This document shows, piece by piece, positions 62,275-64,000 of a DNA stretch of 64,000 nucleotides (the stretch's first letter is position 1; every line of letters starts with the position of its first letter). Under the pieces are notes generated by a model. It was not told where the DNA came from and ran no database searches. It saw only the letters and a list, made by a program, of their open reading frames with translations. The stretch comes from Thiohalobacter sp. GTDB lineage: Bacteria; Pseudomonadota; Gammaproteobacteria; Thiohalobacterales; Thiohalobacteraceae. Both the position numbers and the translations under genes were made by a program. The stretch lies in contig NZ_JALTON010000016.1 in NCBI RefSeq assembly GCF_027000115.1, positions 2,118 through 66,117 on the forward strand, in the 5' to 3' direction.

Positions 62275-63591
62275 CTAGCGACGGCGCGCACCCTTGCCGC
62301 GGGCCGGTTTCTTCTTCGCTGCCTTCTTTCTGGTGACCTTCCTTTTCGCTGCCGGCTTCTTCTTTGCTGCGGCCTTTTTCGCAACCTTCTTCCTGGCGGT
62401 CGGCTTCTTCTTCGCTGCAGCCTTCTTGCCCGCCCCCGCCTTCTTCTTCGCCACCGGTTTCTTCTTCACGGGCGCCTTCTTCGCCGCAACCTTCTTCCTG
62501 GCCACGGCCTTTTTCTTCGTCGCAGACTTCTTCTTCGCGGCCTTCTTCCTGGTGGCAGTCTTTTTCGCCACAGGCGCTTTCACGGTGGCAGACTTCCTGG
62601 CGACCTTCTTCTTCGCCGACGGTTTCCTTTTCGCAACGGCCTTCTTCGCTGCCACCTTCTTCTTCACCGCAGCCTTCTTGCCGACGGCCTTCCTGGTGAC
62701 TGCCTTCTTCACCACGACCTTCTTCGCGGCGGCCTTTTTCTTTGCCGGGGCCTTGCCGGCGGCCTTTTTATCGGCAGCCTTTTTCACGGTGGCAGCCGTC
62801 TTGCCGGCGGACTGCCCGCCCCTGGCGGCCGCCTTGCCCGCGGCGGCAGCACCATCGGACTGCTGACGGGCGCGCTGGGCGGCGATTGCTTGTGCGGCGC
62901 GGCTCGGCGCGGCCTTCCCCTTCGCAGGACGGACGGATTCCTTCGGCAACTGGTCGAGCACCCGGACGATGGCACGGAACACGTCCTCGACATCGGCCTG
63001 GCCCTGGACACGGCGCAGCGTCCCCTGTCGACCGTAGTAGTCGATCAGCGGGGCGGTCTGGGTCTCGTACACCCGGAGACGATTGCCGATGGTCTCCTCG
63101 TTGTCGTCGGCGCGATGATGCAGGGTGCCGCCGCAACGATCGCAGACGCCGTCCACGCGCGGCGGGTTGGAGTAGATGTTGTAGGTGGCGCCGCAGGACA
63201 GGCAGGTATAGCGGCCGGTCAGGCGCTGCATCAGGGCGTCGAAGTCGACGTCGATCAGGATCACGGCCTGCAGCGGGCGCCCGAGCTCATCGAGCAGCTG
63301 GTCGAGCGCTTCGGCCTGGGCGAGATTGCGCGGGAAGCCGTCGAGGATGAAGCCCTTGCGCGCATCCGGCTTGCGCAGCCGCTCACGGATGATGCCCAGC
63401 ACGATCTCGTCGGAAACCAGCTGGCCGGCATCCATGGCTGCCTTGGCCATCCGGCCCAGCGGCGTGCCCTCTGCCACCGCTGCCCGCAACAGGTCACCGG
63501 TAGAGATCTGCGGTATCCCATACTTCGCCTCGATGCGCGCCGCCTGGGTCCCCTTTCCGGAGCCCGGCGCTCCCAGCAGTACGATTCTCAT
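62275..63591 (-). CDS. adk: adenylate kinase fused in frame to a Lys/Ala-rich histone-H1-like C-terminal tail of about 220 aa
   Basis: Start at [17 protein letters not shown] (63591). Complete Adk core with a Cys4 LID (CLSCG...CDRCGG), ending around ...[11 protein letters not shown]. The frame stays open through ...[29 protein letters not shown]...[13 protein letters not shown] to the stop at 62275. Confidence 0.85.
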   Translation of the reverse strand: MRIVLLGAPGSGKGTQAARIEAKYGIPQISTGDLLRAAVAEGTPLGRMAKAAMDAGQLVSDEIVLGIIRERLRKPDARKGFILDGFPRNLAQAEALDQLLDELGRPLQAVILIDVDFDALMQRLTGRYTCLSCGATYNIYSNPPRVDGVCDRCGGTLHHRADDNEETIGNRLRVYETQTAPLIDYYGRQGTLRRVQGQADVEDVFRAIVRVLDQLPKESVRPAKGKAAPSRAAQAIAAQRARQQSDGAAAAGKAAARGGQSAGKTAATVKKAADKKAAGKAPAKKKAAAKKVVVKKAVTRKAVGKKAAVKKKVAAKKAVAKRKPSAKKKVARKSATVKAPVAKKTATRKKAAKKKSATKKKAVARKKVAAKKAPVKKKPVAKKKAGAGKKAAAKKKPTARKKVAKKAAAKKKPAAKRKVTRKKAAKKKPARGKGARRR

Positions 63592-63844
63592 TCTGGCCCC
63601 TTCCGTCCTTTGTGATGGTTGTCGCCCCGCCGTTCCACCAAGCCTGGAACGCCATTCACCCAAAGTCATTAAGTATTTTGCATGGGCTTATACAAATTTT
63701 TAGATGGCTCTTGCAGAACCCTCCCGCTAAGCTAACTGCTCACGTTGCACTGAGTCAACGAAGCAAATCGAAAAACTTCTTGGGGACTGGACAGTTAGGC
63801 CCTGGCGGCGTTGTTCGCGCCCACCCTTCGGCCATTCACGCGAC

Positions 63845-64000
63845 ATGACCAAGATCCCGGACTTCGACGCCTCGGACCCCCGCGCCCTCACGACCGCCCT
63901 CGACGAGCGCTCCACGCGCGGTTCGGGCCTGCCGGGTTCCGGGACTCGGACCGCGGCCGCAAGCGAGGGCTCCGGGGCGCGGGCCGCAGCCCCCTCGATG
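63845..64000 (+). CDS. 5-prime end of an unidentified gene (runs off the window)
   Basis: The ATG at 63845 opens a frame with strongly GC-rich third positions (MTKIPDFDASDPRALTTALDERSTRGSG...) and no stop before the window end. No family recognised. Confidence 0.35.
   Translation, partial: MTKIPDFDASDPRALTTALDERSTRGSGLPGSGTRTAAASEGSGARAAAPSM

Noticed and set aside
62294-62866. 190-aa Phe/Ala-rich plus-strand ORF (and 62364..62699).
   Set aside because: It is the antisense reading of the Lys/Ala-rich tail of the adk fusion (AAG/GCC codons read backwards as CTT/GGC). It is a compositional artefact.

Overview
High-GC (by eye about two-thirds G+C) chromosomal segment. Housekeeping gene order is typical of Gammaproteobacteria: aroQ-accB-accC, cysQ-nudE-yrfG-like, thiD-thiE-hemL, mpl-ubiX, adk. 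I found no rRNA, tRNA, CRISPR array, integrase or transposase. Main blocks: (1) 3.4-10.5 kb is a minus-strand operon of secreted proteins ending in an exosortase-type sorting tag (VP[VL]P[AG]AVWLFGSGLxGLxGxARRRR), plus an S8 peptidase and a lipoprotein. (2) 11-32.7 kb is an accessory cluster, the most interesting part of the window. It holds a stand-alone YcaO, four paralogous TPR-sulfotransferases, a TPR-GT41 (OGT/SPINDLY-like) glycosyltransferase, a flavin-dependent halogenase, a 2OG-Fe(II) oxygenase, a TPR-only protein, a TauE/SafE permease, a FadL-type porin and two paralogous secreted proteins with different C-terminal anchors. A visibly lower-GC insert lies inside it at about 12.7-18.9 kb. 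(3) 32.9-39.5 kb is an exosortase(PEP-CTERM)-type exopolysaccharide export module. It ends at a MITE and has no exosortase or glycosyltransferase genes in the window. (4) 43.1-51.2 kb is a type II secretion operon in the order gspGHIJKLMN-orphan-gspC, without gspDEF. (5) The rest is housekeeping, including an adenylate kinase fused in frame to a Lys/Ala-rich histone-H1-like tail of about 220 aa. Intergenic DNA carries several repeat families: MITEs with CACGGA-type arms and a GTAGGATGGGCAAAG palindromic core, GTAGCCCGGATG REP palindromes, and short-period pyrimidine-rich leader blocks. One such cassette carries a GxxExxY gene inserted between accB and accC. Many long ORFs in the supplied track are GC-driven antisense shadows and were not called. 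All family assignments come from motif recognition by eye; no searches were run.
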